From NCBI GenBank assembly GCA_023819145.1, contig JAMWCW010000002.1, forward strand, positions 139,231-203,230: a stretch of 64,000 nt of DNA, written 5' to 3'. This DNA is from Candidatus Omnitrophota bacterium. Lineage in GTDB: Bacteria; Omnitrophota; Gorgyraeia; DTHP01. This document shows, in pieces, positions 28,188 through 39,245 of the stretch. The notes beneath the pieces were generated by a model. The model ran no database searches. It was not told the origin of the DNA and saw nothing but the letters and a program-made list of their open reading frames with translations. A program made the position numbers and the translations under genes. Numbering within the stretch: position 1 is the first letter of the stretch; each line of letters begins with the position of its first letter.

Positions 28188-29179
28188 TTCTCCTCTTTCT
28201 TAGAAGATTTCTTATTCTTGTCCCCACCCATTCCCAGGGAAAGTCCCATCCCTTTAAGTATACCCTGAATCTCCGCTAAAGATTTCTTTCCAAAGTTACG
28301 ATACCTTAACAGGTCTTGTTCTGTGCACTTCACCAAATCGCCTATCGTCTTAATATTTGCTTCCTTAAGACAATTCTCACTCCTTACCGAAAGTTCAAGC
28401 TCGCTTATGGGCGTATTAAGCTTATCTGACAATTCCGTCTCTGCCTCTTCTTCCTCATGAATTTCTTCTTCAGGCAATTCTCCGAAATTGACAAATATAT
28501 CCAAATGTCTCTGAAGAATATTAGCTGCATAAAGCAGAGCATCTTTTGGAGTCATAGAACCATTAGTCCATATCTCCAGAATCAATTTGTCATAATCCGT
28601 CATCTGCCCCACGCGTGTATTCTCTACTTCAAAATTCACTTTTCTCACCGGGCTAAATATGGCATCAATAGGTATTATCCCAATGGGCTGTTCTTCTTTT
28701 TTATTTCTCTCCGCAGGAACATATCCTCTACCCCTTGATACTTCCATCTCTACAAAAAATTTAGTATCCTTGGTTAGGGTGGCGATATATAAATCGCGAT
28801 TAATAATTTCTGCTGTTTCATCAGTAACAATATCTTTAGCAGTGACTTCACCTTTCTTTTCCCGCTTTAGAGTAATGGTGTGGGGGGTTCGAGTATTTGT
28901 TTTGACTACCAAATTCTTTATATTAAGAAGAATTTGGGGAACATCTTCCAAAACACCGGGAATGGTAGAAAACTCATGCAATACTCCCTCTATCTTGACA
29001 TTGGTAACCGCTGCTCCTTCGATGGAGGAAAGTAAAACTCTACGTAAAGAATTACCAATAGTCACTCCATAACCCTTCTCAAAAGGTTCAGCAATAAATT
29101 TTCCATAGAAATCGGTATATGTTTTCTCATCAAATACCAGTTTCTTGGGCATCTCAAAATCACGCCATTTAATCCCCAT
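28184..29179 (-). CDS. rpoA: RNA polymerase alpha subunit
   Basis: EPFEKGYG.TIGNSLRR, LELSVRS.NCL and NFGKKSL.EI. Confidence 0.98.
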   Translation of the reverse strand: MGIKWRDFEMPKKLVFDEKTYTDFYGKFIAEPFEKGYGVTIGNSLRRVLLSSIEGAAVTNVKIEGVLHEFSTIPGVLEDVPQILLNIKNLVVKTNTRTPHTITLKREKKGEVTAKDIVTDETAEIINRDLYIATLTKDTKFFVEMEVSRGRGYVPAERNKKEEQPIGIIPIDAIFSPVRKVNFEVENTRVGQMTDYDKLILEIWTNGSMTPKDALLYAANILQRHLDIFVNFGELPEEEIHEEEEAETELSDKLNTPISELELSVRSENCLKEANIKTIGDLVKCTEQDLLRYRNFGKKSLAEIQGILKGMGLSLGMGGDKNKKSSKKEEK

Positions 29180-29223
29180 ATTTCTACCCTCCTTCAAGGG
29201 TTAATTGTATTACTAAATAATAT

Positions 29224-29850
29224 TTACTTAGAATATAACTCTACAATCAGCGCTTCTTTGACAGGAAGCACAATATCGCTCCGCAGAGGTAAACGTAATA
29301 CTTTTGCTTCTAATTTATCTGCTGATAATTCTAACCACTGTGGTATAGCCCTTTCTTTCGATATTTCAAGATTCTGTTTTATAGAATTAACAAAAGATTC
29401 TTTACCAACTAAATTTATCACATCGTTCGGTTTAACCATGTATGAAGGAATATCTACTTTGTGACCATTAACCCGCACATGTCCGTGTTTAACTATTTGT
29501 CTCGCCTGTGGTCTTGCAACTGCAAAACCTAAATTATAAATAACACTATCTAATCTCCTCTCCAAGAACTGTAAGAGAATTTCACCTGTCACTCCTTTTG
29601 CCCGTGAAGCCTTACGAAAATAACTCTTGAATTGTCTCTCTAATATGCCATACATCCGTTTAACTTTCTGTTTCTCTCTGAGTTGGAGAGCGTATTCACT
29701 AAGTTTCGGCTTAGTTTTTCCGTGCTGACCAGGGATATAGGGGCGACGAGAAATGCTGCATTTATCGCTCATACAACGTTCACCTTTGAGAAATAACTTT
29801 ATCCCTTCTCTGCGACACAATCTACATGCTGGTCCTTTATATTTTGCCAT
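29224..29850 (-). CDS. rpsD: 30S ribosomal protein S4 (Cys-containing form)
   Basis: CRLCRREG...KGERC...C, PGQHG, LERRLD and IVELYSK. Confidence 0.98.
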   Translation of the reverse strand: MAKYKGPACRLCRREGIKLFLKGERCMSDKCSISRRPYIPGQHGKTKPKLSEYALQLREKQKVKRMYGILERQFKSYFRKASRAKGVTGEILLQFLERRLDSVIYNLGFAVARPQARQIVKHGHVRVNGHKVDIPSYMVKPNDVINLVGKESFVNSIKQNLEISKERAIPQWLELSADKLEAKVLRLPLRSDIVLPVKEALIVELYSK

Positions 29851-29900
29851 TATCCCTCCTCTAAATCGGGAATTTACAGTTTGCTGCTAATTTGTTTAAA

Positions 29901-30290
29901 CTATACTCTCCTTCGTTTGGGTGGTCGACACCCATTATGGGGAATAGGGGTTACATCTTTTATAGAATTTATCTTTAATCCCGAAGCCTGTAATGCTCTT
30001 ATAGCAGTTTCTCTTCCCGAACCGGGACCCTTTACTAAAACATCTATCTCTTTTACCCCATACTCCAAAGCCTTTTTTGCTACATCGGTAGCGGCTATCT
30101 GTGCAGCAAATGGTGTAGATTTACGCGAACCCTTAAAACCAACAGAACCTGCACTTGACCAAGAAACAACCTGACCTCTGGCATCAGTTATCGTAATAAT
30201 AGTATTATTAAAAGTTGCCTGAATATGGGCTATTCCTTTACTTACTGTGCGGATAATCTTCTTTTTCTTCGTTCGTTTTGTCTTAGCCAT
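29901..30290 (-). CDS. rpsK: 30S ribosomal protein S11
   Basis: [15 protein letters not shown] and [13 protein letters not shown]. Confidence 0.98.
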   Translation of the reverse strand: MAKTKRTKKKKIIRTVSKGIAHIQATFNNTIITITDARGQVVSWSSAGSVGFKGSRKSTPFAAQIAATDVAKKALEYGVKEIDVLVKGPGSGRETAIRALQASGLKINSIKDVTPIPHNGCRPPKRRRV

Positions 30291-30692
30291 TTATTTCACC
30301 TCTTTTGTTACGGGTGTTACGGTCTTTTTCTTACGCATACCCACCCCTTTACTAGGGCCTTTTCTGGTGCGAGCATTGGTACGCGTCCTCTGCCCCCTTA
30401 CCGGTAATCCTTTGCGATGACGCAAGCCTCGATAGCAACCTATTTCCATCAGGTGTTTTATATTTTGGGAAATTTCTCTTCTCAAATCTCCTTCAACTTT
30501 ATAATTCTTCTGGATTATATTAGTGATCTTGGAAATCTGTTCGTCGCTTAAATCCTTAGCACGAATATTAGGGTTAATCTGGGCCTCTTTTAATATGCGC
30601 TTAGCTAAAGACCTCCCAATACCATAAAGGTAGGCTAAAGCTATCTCTATCTTTTTTTCTTTGGGTATATCTAATCCTAAAATCCTTGGCAT
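30291..30692 (-). CDS. rpsM: 30S ribosomal protein S13
   Basis: YGIGR and [25 protein letters not shown]. Confidence 0.98.
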   Translation of the reverse strand: MPRILGLDIPKEKKIEIALAYLYGIGRSLAKRILKEAQINPNIRAKDLSDEQISKITNIIQKNYKVEGDLRREISQNIKHLMEIGCYRGLRHRKGLPVRGQRTRTNARTRKGPSKGVGMRKKKTVTPVTKEVK

Positions 30693-30741
30693 TTTTCCCT
30701 CACTTTTCCTATTTAATCATTTAACTATTTTAAGAAACTAA

Positions 30742-30855
30742 TTACCCCTGTTTCTGTTTATGTTTAGGATTAGCACAAATAACTCTAACTACTCCCTTTC
30801 TTCTTACAATCTTACATCTTGGACAAATTTTCTTTACTGAAGGCCTTACTTTCAT
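30742..30855 (-). CDS. rpmJ: 50S ribosomal protein L36 (Zn-ribbon form)
   Basis: Not in ORF track. Manual translation [37 protein letters not shown]. Confidence 0.97.
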   Translation of the reverse strand: MKVRPSVKKICPRCKIVRRKGVVRVICANPKHKQKQG

Positions 30856-30925
30856 TTCATTATGATTTGTTTTAATCCTATCCTTATACCACTTAAATTT
30901 TTTAGATTATTTACAATACTTAGAT

Positions 30926-31144
30926 TTATTTTTTCCTATAAATAATCCTTCCCCGCGTTAAATCATAGGGCGAAAGTTCCAAAACAACTGTATCGCCGGG
31001 AAGAATCTTTATATAATTCATCCGCATTTTCCCACACACATGCGCCAATACAAGGTGACCACCTTCTATCTCTACTTTAAACATCGCATTGGGTAATGTC
31101 TCTCTTATTATTCCATCAATTTTTATGGGCTCCTCTTTAGCCAT
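30926..31144 (-). CDS. infA: Translation initiation factor IF-1
   Basis: LPNAMF.V, GKMR.NYI.ILPGD and [10 protein letters not shown]. Confidence 0.98.
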   Translation of the reverse strand: MAKEEPIKIDGIIRETLPNAMFKVEIEGGHLVLAHVCGKMRMNYIKILPGDTVVLELSPYDLTRGRIIYRKK

Positions 31145-31148
31145 ATAT

Positions 31149-31907
31149 TTAGGATAGATGATGAGAAGTCAGAATAATTGGTTCCCTATCATCTATACAA
31201 ATAGTGTGTTCAAAATGGGCGGTTAACTTTCTATCCTTGCTCACCACTGTCCATCCATCAGACAATATCTCTACTTCCGGCCTACCCAAATTAACCATCG
31301 GTTCTATAGCAATGGTCATCCCTTTCTTTAAGATTGGACCATACCCAGGCTCACCAAAATTAGGAATTTCGGGTTCTTCGTGCATTCCACTCCCAATCCC
31401 GTGTCCCACAAATTCCCTCACCACGCTAAAACCATGTTCCTCTACATACTGCTGGATAGCATGTGAAACATCTCCGAGATGCACCTCGGATTTGGCTAAT
31501 CTTATACCTGTATAGAGCGCATTCCGCGTGGTTTCTATAAGCTTAGCTGCTTCTACACTGATTTTACCCAAACCTATAGTAACCGCCGCGTCTGCAAAAA
31601 AACCATTATATTTTACCCCTACGTCTAAACTCAGGATATCTCCCTCTCTTAAAACTTTTTCTCTCCTCGGTATACCATGGATAAGTTCTTCGTTTACCGA
31701 AGTGCATATCACTCCTGGAAAACCACGGTAGTTCTTGAATGCAGAAATAGCTCCGAATTGTTCAAAAATTTCTTCTGCTCTTTCTCCCAGTTCATATGTA
31801 GAAATTCCTTCTTTTACCATGGAAGCCAATTCCTCAATTACCCGAGCGACAATTCTTCCCGCTTCACGCATGAGGCTCAGTTCTTTCAGTGACTTTATGG
31901 AAATCAT
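31149..31907 (-). CDS. map: Methionine aminopeptidase type I
   Basis: CTSVN...HGIP, D.G...D, GHGIG..MHEEP, IEPM and AHFEHT. Confidence 0.97.
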   Translation of the reverse strand: MISIKSLKELSLMREAGRIVARVIEELASMVKEGISTYELGERAEEIFEQFGAISAFKNYRGFPGVICTSVNEELIHGIPRREKVLREGDILSLDVGVKYNGFFADAAVTIGLGKISVEAAKLIETTRNALYTGIRLAKSEVHLGDVSHAIQQYVEEHGFSVVREFVGHGIGSGMHEEPEIPNFGEPGYGPILKKGMTIAIEPMVNLGRPEVEILSDGWTVVSKDRKLTAHFEHTICIDDREPIILTSHHLS

Positions 31908-32571
31908 TATTTTTTATGCTAAACCCTTCTTTCTCAAAAAGAAGACGGAGGTCCTTATACACCTCTTGTGCGTCCTTGTTAGCATCTATTGTATGCAAAA
32001 TCTTTTTTGATTTATAGAAATCTATTAATTCCGCAGTCTGTTTCAAATATACATCTATCCTGCGACGCACGGTTTCTTCCCGGTCATCTTCTCTCTGATA
32101 TAATTTGCCACCGCATCCATCGCAAACACCTTCTTTTTTGGGAGGCATATTCTTTATATGGTAGTTCATACCACAATTTGAACAAACAAGCCTTCCTGAT
32201 AACCGTTCAATTATCTTACTCGTAGAGGTAGAGAAATATAAAACCAAGTTAATCTTTTTATCTAATCTTTCCAACAGCACATCAAGTTGCTCAGCTTGTT
32301 TTATTGTCCGTGGGAAACCATCCAAGATAAAACCATTCTTTGTATCTGGATATGCTAAACGGTTATACATGATTTCGACGATGATATCATCTGGCACAAG
32401 TTCACCTGTTTCCACAATCTTTCTCACCCGCCTACCTAAGTCAGAATCTTCTTTTAAAACCTGTCTCAAAATGTCTCCGGTAGAAATATGAGGAATCCCT
32501 AATTTATTCTTAAGCAAATCTGCCTGTGTACCTTTTCCTGCCCCCGGTGGCCCTAGTAATATTAACCTCAT
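31864..32571 (-). CDS. adk: Adenylate kinase (Zn-lid type)
   Basis: GPPGAGKGTQ, HISTGD, LDGFPRT and lid CxxC...CxxC. Confidence 0.97.
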   Translation of the reverse strand: MRLILLGPPGAGKGTQADLLKNKLGIPHISTGDILRQVLKEDSDLGRRVRKIVETGELVPDDIIVEIMYNRLAYPDTKNGFILDGFPRTIKQAEQLDVLLERLDKKINLVLYFSTSTSKIIERLSGRLVCSNCGMNYHIKNMPPKKEGVCDGCGGKLYQREDDREETVRRRIDVYLKQTAELIDFYKSKKILHTIDANKDAQEVYKDLRLLFEKEGFSIKNNDFHKVTERTEPHA

Positions 32572-33915
32572 CTATCGTCTTCCGCGTATTTTACCCTTCT
32601 TCATAAAACCTTCGTAATGACGCATAAGAAGGTGTGATTCAATCTGACGCATCGTATCTAATATCACACCTACAACAATCAATAGAGCAGTCCCTCCAAA
32701 AAAACTGGCAATTAAATAAGGCACCTTAAGCCAGGCACCAATAAGGTCTGGAAAAACTGCAATACCTGCTAAAAATATTGCCCCTGCCAAAGTAACACGC
32801 GTCATTATAAAATCCAAATAATCAGAAGTACTTTTCCCCGGTCTTACTCCAGGGATAAAACCACCAAACCTCTGCATATTCTCCGATATCTCTATAGGAT
32901 TAAAGGTTACTGCTGTATAAAAATAACTAAAGAAAATTATCAATAGAGTATAAAGAATAGTATATAACCAATGTCCACGCAAAAGTTGTGCGGCTAATGC
33001 CTGAAATTTTGGATTAGGGATAAACCCTGCTAAGGTCGCAGGGAAAAGGATTATTGATTGAGCAAAAATGATAGGGATAACTCCTGCCTGGTTTATTCTT
33101 AAAGGCAAATAAGTACTTTGCCCTCCATACATACGATGACCAATAATCCTCTTTGCATATTGGACGGGTATTTTTCTCTGTGCCTGAGTAATTACAATAA
33201 CCGCTACAGTTACTGCAATCAACATCACTGCCATTATAACCAATACAATCGGTTGGAGCTGTCTTCTCGTTGGTGAAAATGGTGAAAGGAGAAGAAAAAG
33301 TTGATATACGGCGGTAGGAATACGCGAAGTTATACCAACGGTAATAATCAAAGAAATGCCGTTACCTATCCCACGGTCGCTAATCTGCTCTCCTAACCAC
33401 ATAAGGAATATAGTTCCGGTAGTCAAAGTTATTAAAGTAAGAAAACGAAAACCCCAACCAGGATGAGGAACAATCTGCATACCTTGAAAATGCGCGGGGT
33501 TTTCTAACCACAAACTTATAAAAAAAGATTGGATTATACCCAAAAGCACCGTCCCATAGCGTGTATATTGGACAATCTTTTTTCTACCCATTTCTTCTTT
33601 TGCTAATTTCTCAAAATAAGGAATTACTGCTGTAAGCAACTGTAAGATAATGGAAGCAGAGATATTAGGCATAATGCCTAAAGCAAAAATGGTTAAACGT
33701 TCCATGGCACCGCCGCTAAACATATTCATAATCCCGAAAAGAGTTCCACCTTGCGTCTGTCTAATTTTCTCAAAAAATTCTGCCAACGCTTTGCCATCTA
33801 TTCCCGGTGTTGGAATATAGCATCCGATGCGATAAACTACCAGCGCTCCTAAAGTAAATAAAATACGCTTTCTCAAATCTGATATCTTTAATGCATTAAC
33901 AAACGCTTCTAACAT
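32572..33915 (-). CDS. secY: Preprotein translocase SecY
   Basis: FSGGA, LGIMP.I.ASII.QLL, GIGNGISL and GVIPIIFA. Confidence 0.98.
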   Translation of the reverse strand: MLEAFVNALKISDLRKRILFTLGALVVYRIGCYIPTPGIDGKALAEFFEKIRQTQGGTLFGIMNMFSGGAMERLTIFALGIMPNISASIILQLLTAVIPYFEKLAKEEMGRKKIVQYTRYGTVLLGIIQSFFISLWLENPAHFQGMQIVPHPGWGFRFLTLITLTTGTIFLMWLGEQISDRGIGNGISLIITVGITSRIPTAVYQLFLLLSPFSPTRRQLQPIVLVIMAVMLIAVTVAVIVITQAQRKIPVQYAKRIIGHRMYGGQSTYLPLRINQAGVIPIIFAQSIILFPATLAGFIPNPKFQALAAQLLRGHWLYTILYTLLIIFFSYFYTAVTFNPIEISENMQRFGGFIPGVRPGKSTSDYLDFIMTRVTLAGAIFLAGIAVFPDLIGAWLKVPYLIASFFGGTALLIVVGVILDTMRQIESHLLMRHYEGFMKKGKIRGRR

Positions 33916-33926
33916 ATTATCCTAAC

Positions 33927-34373
33927 CTATAAATTTATAAGTTCAAAACTTGCACCTATCTTTTTTATCTTTTCTAAAGCCTGACGGCTGAACCGATGGG
34001 CATGAATGACCAATGGTTTTTCCAAATCCCCTTTCCCTAAAATTTTTACCGGCAAACTGAGCTTGTTGATGAGACATCTTTCTTTCAGAACTTCGGGAGT
34101 TATTACCTCATCTTTGCTAAACTTTTTGTTTAGGTCCCCAAGGTTTACTACTTGGAAAATCTTGGAAAATTTATTCACAAACCCCCGCTTGGGAATTCTT
34201 CTTATAAGGGGCATTTGTCCTCCTTCGAACCCTGGACGAAGTTCAAAACCTGTCCTCGCCTTCTGTCCTTTATGCCCTCTTCCCGAAGTCTTGCCGTGAC
34301 CAGAACCCGGACCTCTGCCAACACGCTTTTTACTTTTTCTACTCATCCGAGGTCTTATCTCATGCAGTTTCAT
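33927..34373 (-). CDS. rplO: 50S ribosomal protein L15
   Basis: [21 protein letters not shown] and FEGGQMP. Confidence 0.98.
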   Translation of the reverse strand: MKLHEIRPRMSRKSKKRVGRGPGSGHGKTSGRGHKGQKARTGFELRPGFEGGQMPLIRRIPKRGFVNKFSKIFQVVNLGDLNKKFSKDEVITPEVLKERCLINKLSLPVKILGKGDLEKPLVIHAHRFSRQALEKIKKIGASFELINL

Positions 34374-34867
34374 TTTTCTCCTTGGTTTTCTTGCTGATAA
34401 GGTTTTAACTTTTTCAAAGCAATAACTGTCGCTTTAGCAATATTCATAGCATTCTCTGAACCTAAAGATTTGGCCAGTATATTCCTAATCCCCGCCAATT
34501 CACAGATGGGCCTCACAGAACTCCCGGCAATCACACCAGTTCCTGGACCTGCAGGCTTAAGAACAACATCTGCAGCTCCAAAATGTCCATAAACCTCGTG
34601 GGAGATAGTCTCTCCTTTAAGGTTAACCGTAAAAATATTCTTATGTGCATTATTTATTGATTTGCGAATAGCATCCGCAACTTCATTTGCCTTACCAAAA
34701 CCAACCCCTATTTTCCCCTTGCCATTACCTACCACCACTAAGGCATTGAAGGAAAGTTTTTTACCCCCTTTATGAACTTTTGACACCCGATTTATTTTAA
34801 CTACTCTTTCCTGAAACTCTGTCTCTGGAACATCTATCTTTTTATCAAGCATCTCTTTTTCATTCAT
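34370..34867 (-). CDS. rpsE: 30S ribosomal protein S5
   Basis: INRVSKV.KGG, VVVGNG.G and [10 protein letters not shown]. Confidence 0.98.
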   Translation of the reverse strand: MNEKEMLDKKIDVPETEFQERVVKINRVSKVHKGGKKLSFNALVVVGNGKGKIGVGFGKANEVADAIRKSINNAHKNIFTVNLKGETISHEVYGHFGAADVVLKPAGPGTGVIAGSSVRPICELAGIRNILAKSLGSENAMNIAKATVIALKKLKPYQQENQGEK

Positions 34868-34869
34868 AG

Positions 34870-35229
34870 CTAGAACTCAATACCTCCTTTTCTAACTGCT
34901 TCGGCAAATATTTTTACTATACCGTGATAGAGATATCCTCCTCTATCAAAAACTACCTTATTAACTCCTTTCTCTTTCGCTTTATCCGCTAATACACTTC
35001 CCAAAATCTCTGCGCCCTTTATATTACCTAACCTATCGGCACGTAAACGCAATTCTTTATTCAAGGTGGAAATCCCCAAAATAACTTTTCCATTAATGTC
35101 ATCTATCAATTGAGCAATAAGATTTTTATGGGTTCGATGAATTACCAAACGCGGTCTTTCCGGAGTTCCAAATATCTTTTTGCGTATTCTCTTATGCCTT
35201 CTTTGTCTTCCTAATTCCTTTTTATCCAT
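34870..35229 (-). CDS. rplR: 50S ribosomal protein L18
   Basis: [14 protein letters not shown] and [12 protein letters not shown]; likely start MDKKE. Confidence 0.97.
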   Translation of the reverse strand: MDKKELGRQRRHKRIRKKIFGTPERPRLVIHRTHKNLIAQLIDDINGKVILGISTLNKELRLRADRLGNIKGAEILGSVLADKAKEKGVNKVVFDRGGYLYHGIVKIFAEAVRKGGIEF

Positions 35230-35247
35230 TTTGCACAAAATTTTTTC

Positions 35248-35787
35248 TTAGGCAACCGCCTTACCTGCCTTCTTCCTCACATATTCACCTGCATACCTTA
35301 TCCCTTTTCCCTTGTAAGGTTCGGGTTTTAAAACAGCTCTTATTTCCGCAGCCACCTCACCTACTTTTTGTTTATCAATGCCTTTTATGATTATCTGCGT
35401 AGGTTTGGGAGTTTCAACTACTATGCCTTCGGGAATGGGAAAATTAACTGGATGAGAAAAACCTAAATTTAACACCAGATTCTTTCCCGCAACTTGAGCG
35501 CGATATCCTACTCCTACAATCTCCAATTCTTTAATAAATCCTTCTCTTATACCTTTTATAATATTAGCCAATTCTGCCCTAGCCAGACCATGAAAAGCTC
35601 GATACTCTTTATCGTCACCTAAACGTGTAATAAATAATTTGCTCTCCTTAAGAACTGCTTTTATACCCGGAGGAAGAATATAACTTTTCTTTCCTTTAGA
35701 GCCTTCTATCTCAACTGCTCCTTCCTTTAAACTGACTTTTATGTCATTGGGAATTAATATGGGACGTTTTCCTAATTTAGACATCAC
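35248..35787 (-). CDS. rplF: 50S ribosomal protein L6
   Basis: GVGYRA, LGFSHPV and PEPYKGKGIRY. Confidence 0.98.
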   Translation of the reverse strand: MMSKLGKRPILIPNDIKVSLKEGAVEIEGSKGKKSYILPPGIKAVLKESKLFITRLGDDKEYRAFHGLARAELANIIKGIREGFIKELEIVGVGYRAQVAGKNLVLNLGFSHPVNFPIPEGIVVETPKPTQIIIKGIDKQKVGEVAAEIRAVLKPEPYKGKGIRYAGEYVRKKAGKAVA

Positions 35788-35800
35788 TCACCTCTTTACC

Positions 35801-36196
35801 TCACCACACTTTGCAGATATACTCCCCTCCCAATTTCAACTTTTTTGCTTCACGGTCAGTAATTATACCGCGGGAAGTAGAAATTATAGCCATGCCGAAA
35901 CCACCAAGAACTTTCATATTATCGTCTTTTCTTACATAAACTCGCCTTCCGGGTTTGGAAACTTGCTGAATATTATTAAGGACACATTTCTTATCTGGTC
36001 CATATTTTAGATAGATACGAATGATACCCTGTTTTTTATCATCTATCTCACGGAAATCATTGATATAACCTTCTTTCTTGAGAATCTTAACAATCTCGAG
36101 AATAAGCTTAGATTTCCGTACATCCAAATTTTCCTTTCTTTCCTTTATAGCATTCCTTATGGTAGTAAAAACTTGAGACCTTAAGTCTATGGACAT
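35801..36196 (-). CDS. rpsH: 30S ribosomal protein S8
   Basis: IRNA, LKKEGYI, SKPGRRVY and STSRG; start MSIDL follows an AGGAG RBS. Confidence 0.95.
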   Translation of the reverse strand: MSIDLRSQVFTTIRNAIKERKENLDVRKSKLILEIVKILKKEGYINDFREIDDKKQGIIRIYLKYGPDKKCVLNNIQQVSKPGRRVYVRKDDNMKVLGGFGMAIISTSRGIITDREAKKLKLGGEYICKVW

Positions 36197-36212
36197 TTTT
36201 ACTCCTTCTTTT

Positions 36213-36398
36213 TTACCAACTTGCCTTCTTGACGCCGGGAATTTCTCCACGTGAAGCCATCTCACGAAAACATATTCTGCAAATACCAAAATCTCTCAAA
36301 TATCCTCTCACCCTACCACAGAGTTGGCAACGATTATACCTTCTTACTCTAAAACGTGGAGTCCTTCTCTGTTTGATAATAAGCGCTTTCCTTGCCAT
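36213..36398 (-). CDS. rpsN: 30S ribosomal protein S14, Zn-binding 61-aa type
   Basis: RCQLCGR...CRICFR and PGVKKASW. Confidence 0.97.
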   Translation of the reverse strand: MARKALIIKQRRTPRFRVRRYNRCQLCGRVRGYLRDFGICRICFREMASRGEIPGVKKASW

Positions 36399-36405
36399 AA
36401 ATTAA

Positions 36406-36954
36406 TTATTCTGCCTCCTTGAAAGGCATTCCTAATAATTTTAATAAAACAAAACTTTCTTTTTTATTCTTTGCTTTTATCGCAATGGTAATATCCATTC
36501 CTAATACATGCTGAATTTTGTCATATTCTATCTCAGGAAAAACAGTATATTCAGTAAGACCAATATTGTAGTTACCGTGTTCATCAAAAGCATCAGGAGA
36601 TACCCCACGAAAATCACGAATTCGCGGTAAAGCCACATTGATAAAACGGTCTAAGAATTCGTACATCTTGTATTTTCTCAAAGTTACTTTACAACCTACA
36701 GGATCGCCTTTTTTTATCTTAAAGTTAGAAATAGATTTTCTCGCACGGGTAATAATTGGCTTCTGTCCGCTAATTAATCCCAAGGAATGCATGGCTTCTT
36801 CAAGCACTTTTATGTCATGAGCTCCCTCTCCTACTCCCATATTGATAACCACTTTCTCTAAACGCGGAGCATTAAGTTTATTTTTATAGCCTAAATCCCG
36901 CATCAAGAGAGGCACTATTTCCTTGCGATATTTCTCTAAAAGTCTAGGAATCAT
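36406..36954 (-). CDS. rplE: 50S ribosomal protein L5
   Basis: KVVINMGVG, GQKP and LPRIRDFRG. Confidence 0.98.
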   Translation of the reverse strand: MIPRLLEKYRKEIVPLLMRDLGYKNKLNAPRLEKVVINMGVGEGAHDIKVLEEAMHSLGLISGQKPIITRARKSISNFKIKKGDPVGCKVTLRKYKMYEFLDRFINVALPRIRDFRGVSPDAFDEHGNYNIGLTEYTVFPEIEYDKIQHVLGMDITIAIKAKNKKESFVLLKLLGMPFKEAE

Positions 36955-37006
36955 TAATTTCTCCTATTATTTATTATTAATTTCACAATATGCAATGTTG
37001 ACTATC

Positions 37007-37318
37007 TTATAACAACTCCTTACATTTCTTACAATATCGTGCCTTCGTCCCATCCTTGAGTAAAGTAATTCCTACCCGCACCGGATGATTACAATGGTTA
37101 CAAAAGAGCATTAATTTAGAAAGCATTACTGGAGATTCTTTTTCTATAATTCCACCAGGCATCTCCTGGGATCTTCGTCGCTGATGACGTTTAATAAGAT
37201 TAATGCCCTCTACAATCGCTCTCTCTTCTTTATGTAAAACAGAGAGAACTTTACCTTTCTTACCTTTATCCTTACCCGAAATGACCACTACGGTATCGTT
37301 TTTCTTTATTCTTTCCAT
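37007..37318 (-). CDS. rplX: 50S ribosomal protein L24
   Basis: KOW motif D.V.VISGKDKGK.G and VEGIN. Confidence 0.97.
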   Translation of the reverse strand: MERIKKNDTVVVISGKDKGKKGKVLSVLHKEERAIVEGINLIKRHQRRRSQEMPGGIIEKESPVMLSKLMLFCNHCNHPVRVGITLLKDGTKARYCKKCKELL

Positions 37319-37686
37319 TATACAACCTCAGGAGCTAAAGAAATAATTTTCAGAAAATTTTTATCTCGTAACTCTCTGGCCACTGGACCGAAGACACGCG
37401 TTCCTTTGGGATTGAGATCCTTATCAATTATCACACAAGCGTTAGAATCAAATCTAACATAGGAACCATCATAACGTCTTATAGGATAAGCAGTCCTCAC
37501 AATCACCGCTTTCACTACATCACCCTTCTTAACCACTCCTTCGGGAGTGGATTCTTTCACATTACAGGTAATAATATCGCCTATATAAGCAACTTTAGTA
37601 TTACCTTTACCTAAAACTCCAATACAGGAAACTTTCTTTGCTCCGGTATTATCTGCAACTTCTAAAAGAGTGCGCAATCTTACCAT
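37318..37686 (-). CDS. rplN: 50S ribosomal protein L14
   Basis: [21 protein letters not shown] and KIISLAPEV. Confidence 0.98.
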   Translation of the reverse strand: MVRLRTLLEVADNTGAKKVSCIGVLGKGNTKVAYIGDIITCNVKESTPEGVVKKGDVVKAVIVRTAYPIRRYDGSYVRFDSNACVIIDKDLNPKGTRVFGPVARELRDKNFLKIISLAPEVV

Positions 37687-37696
37687 TTTAATAAAC

Positions 37697-37939
37697 CTAT
37701 TTAATTACCCCTAATAATACCCAGCGTTTATCTTTAGAAAGAGGACGTGTTTCTATAATTCTTACGGTATCACCCTCTTTAGCAATTTTGTTCTCATCAT
37801 GTGCTTTAAATTTTGAATATTTTCTAATCACCCTTTTATATTTAGGATGAATGGTTTTTCTCTCCACTTGGACTACCACTGTCTTCTCCATCTTCGCACT
37901 AACTACCTTACCAATTAGAATTTTTTTTCTCTTCGCCAT
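37697..37939 (-). CDS. rpsQ: 30S ribosomal protein S17
   Basis: G.VVS.KM.KT, HPKY, AHDE and ETRPLSK.KRW. Confidence 0.98.
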   Translation of the reverse strand: MAKRKKILIGKVVSAKMEKTVVVQVERKTIHPKYKRVIRKYSKFKAHDENKIAKEGDTVRIIETRPLSKDKRWVLLGVIK

Positions 37940-38130
37940 TATTTTTTCTCCCGTTCACTCATGATGGTAAATATACGTGCTATATCCTTACGAATCTGTC
38001 TAATTCTGTGTGGTTTCTCCAGCTTGGCAGTATAAATTGTTTTACGCAAATTAAATAATTCTTCTTTCAAAGAAACTAATTTATCTCTCAATTCTTCTGT
38101 AGTAAGCTCTCTTATTTCTTTTGCTTTCAT
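37939..38130 (-). CDS. rpmC: 50S ribosomal protein L29
   Basis: LKEELFNLR and [10 protein letters not shown]; position in the S10 cluster. Confidence 0.95.
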   Translation of the reverse strand: MKAKEIRELTTEELRDKLVSLKEELFNLRKTIYTAKLEKPHRIRQIRKDIARIFTIMSEREKK

Positions 38131-38131
38131 A

Positions 38132-38545
38132 CTAGTGCCTTCTTACCACAAACCGAGTTTTTATAGGTAACTTATGAGAAGCTAAAGCAAATGCCTCACG
38201 AGCTAAATCCTCAGGCAATCCCTCCATTTCAAATAATATTCTACCTCTTTTTACTACTGCTACCCAATGGTCAACCAACCCTTTCCCTTTTCCCATTCTT
38301 GTTTCTGCGGGTTTTTTAGTTACTGGCTTATCGGGAAAAATCCTTATCCAGAGTTTACCCCCCTTTCTTATATGGCGGGTAAGGGCAATTCTGGCTGCTT
38401 CAATCTGGTGATTGGTTATCCAAGCGTTTTCTAAAGCTTGAATACCAAATTCGCCAAAATCTACTTCCCGAGCTAAACTTGCTTTTCCTTTACGTCTTCC
38501 CCGCTGTGCCTTACGGTATTTAACCCTCTTAGGCATTAATGCCAT
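38132..38545 (-). CDS. rplP: 50S ribosomal protein L16
   Basis: [14 protein letters not shown] and ETRMGKGKG. Confidence 0.98.
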   Translation of the reverse strand: MALMPKRVKYRKAQRGRRKGKASLAREVDFGEFGIQALENAWITNHQIEAARIALTRHIRKGGKLWIRIFPDKPVTKKPAETRMGKGKGLVDHWVAVVKRGRILFEMEGLPEDLAREAFALASHKLPIKTRFVVRRH

Positions 38546-38569
38546 AATCGCCTCACCTAGTTATCTTCT

Positions 38570-39238
38570 TTATCCATTAACACTCTCTAACTGTTGATTT
38601 TGGTCTACTTGATTAAGAAAGTCACCTTTATATATCCATACTTTAATCCCAATATATCCATAGGTAGTAAGCGCGCCACAGTTCCCATAATCAATATCCG
38701 CACGAATCGTTTGTAGTGGAATTTTTCCCCATTTAAAAGTCTCACTACGTGCTATTTCCGCGCCTGCTAATCTTCCTCCACAGACAACCTTTATTCCTTT
38801 TGCTCCTCCTTCCACCGCTAATTGTATTGCTCTTTTAATCGCTCTTCGATAGGCCACACGTTTCTCAAGCTGAAAAGCAATGTTTTCCGCCACTAACTGT
38901 GCATCTAAAGCAGGATTTTTTATCTCCCTTAACTCTATATCCACCTGTTTATTCACCATATTTTGAAGGTCTTCCCTTAAACGGTCAATATCCGCCCCTC
39001 TTCTTCCGATAATAATTCCTGGACGAGAAGTATAAATAATCACCTTTATTCGCTCCGGAACCCTCTCAATCCCCACTTTAGAAACCTGAGCACTGGGAAA
39101 TGCTTGTTTAATATGCTTACGGATGTTGGCATCCTCAACTAAATACTTGGAAAATTCAGAACCTTTAGCAAACCAGAGAGACTGCCAATTTCGTGAGAAT
39201 CCTAAACGAAAACTATAAGGATGAACCTTCTGCCCCAT
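38570..39238 (-). CDS. rpsC: 30S ribosomal protein S3
   Basis: MGQKVHP..FRLG, RPG.IIG..G and GRL.GAEIAR. Confidence 0.98.
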   Translation of the reverse strand: MGQKVHPYSFRLGFSRNWQSLWFAKGSEFSKYLVEDANIRKHIKQAFPSAQVSKVGIERVPERIKVIIYTSRPGIIIGRRGADIDRLREDLQNMVNKQVDIELREIKNPALDAQLVAENIAFQLEKRVAYRRAIKRAIQLAVEGGAKGIKVVCGGRLAGAEIARSETFKWGKIPLQTIRADIDYGNCGALTTYGYIGIKVWIYKGDFLNQVDQNQQLESVNG

Positions 39239-39245
39239 ATATCCC

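Noticed and set aside
31864-31907. 44-bp adk/map overlap as possible recoding
   Set aside because: Both proteins are complete; this is most simply a drifted adk stop codon
36197-36289. Apparent N-terminal extension of S8
   Set aside because: It overlaps rpsN; a good RBS precedes ATG 36196
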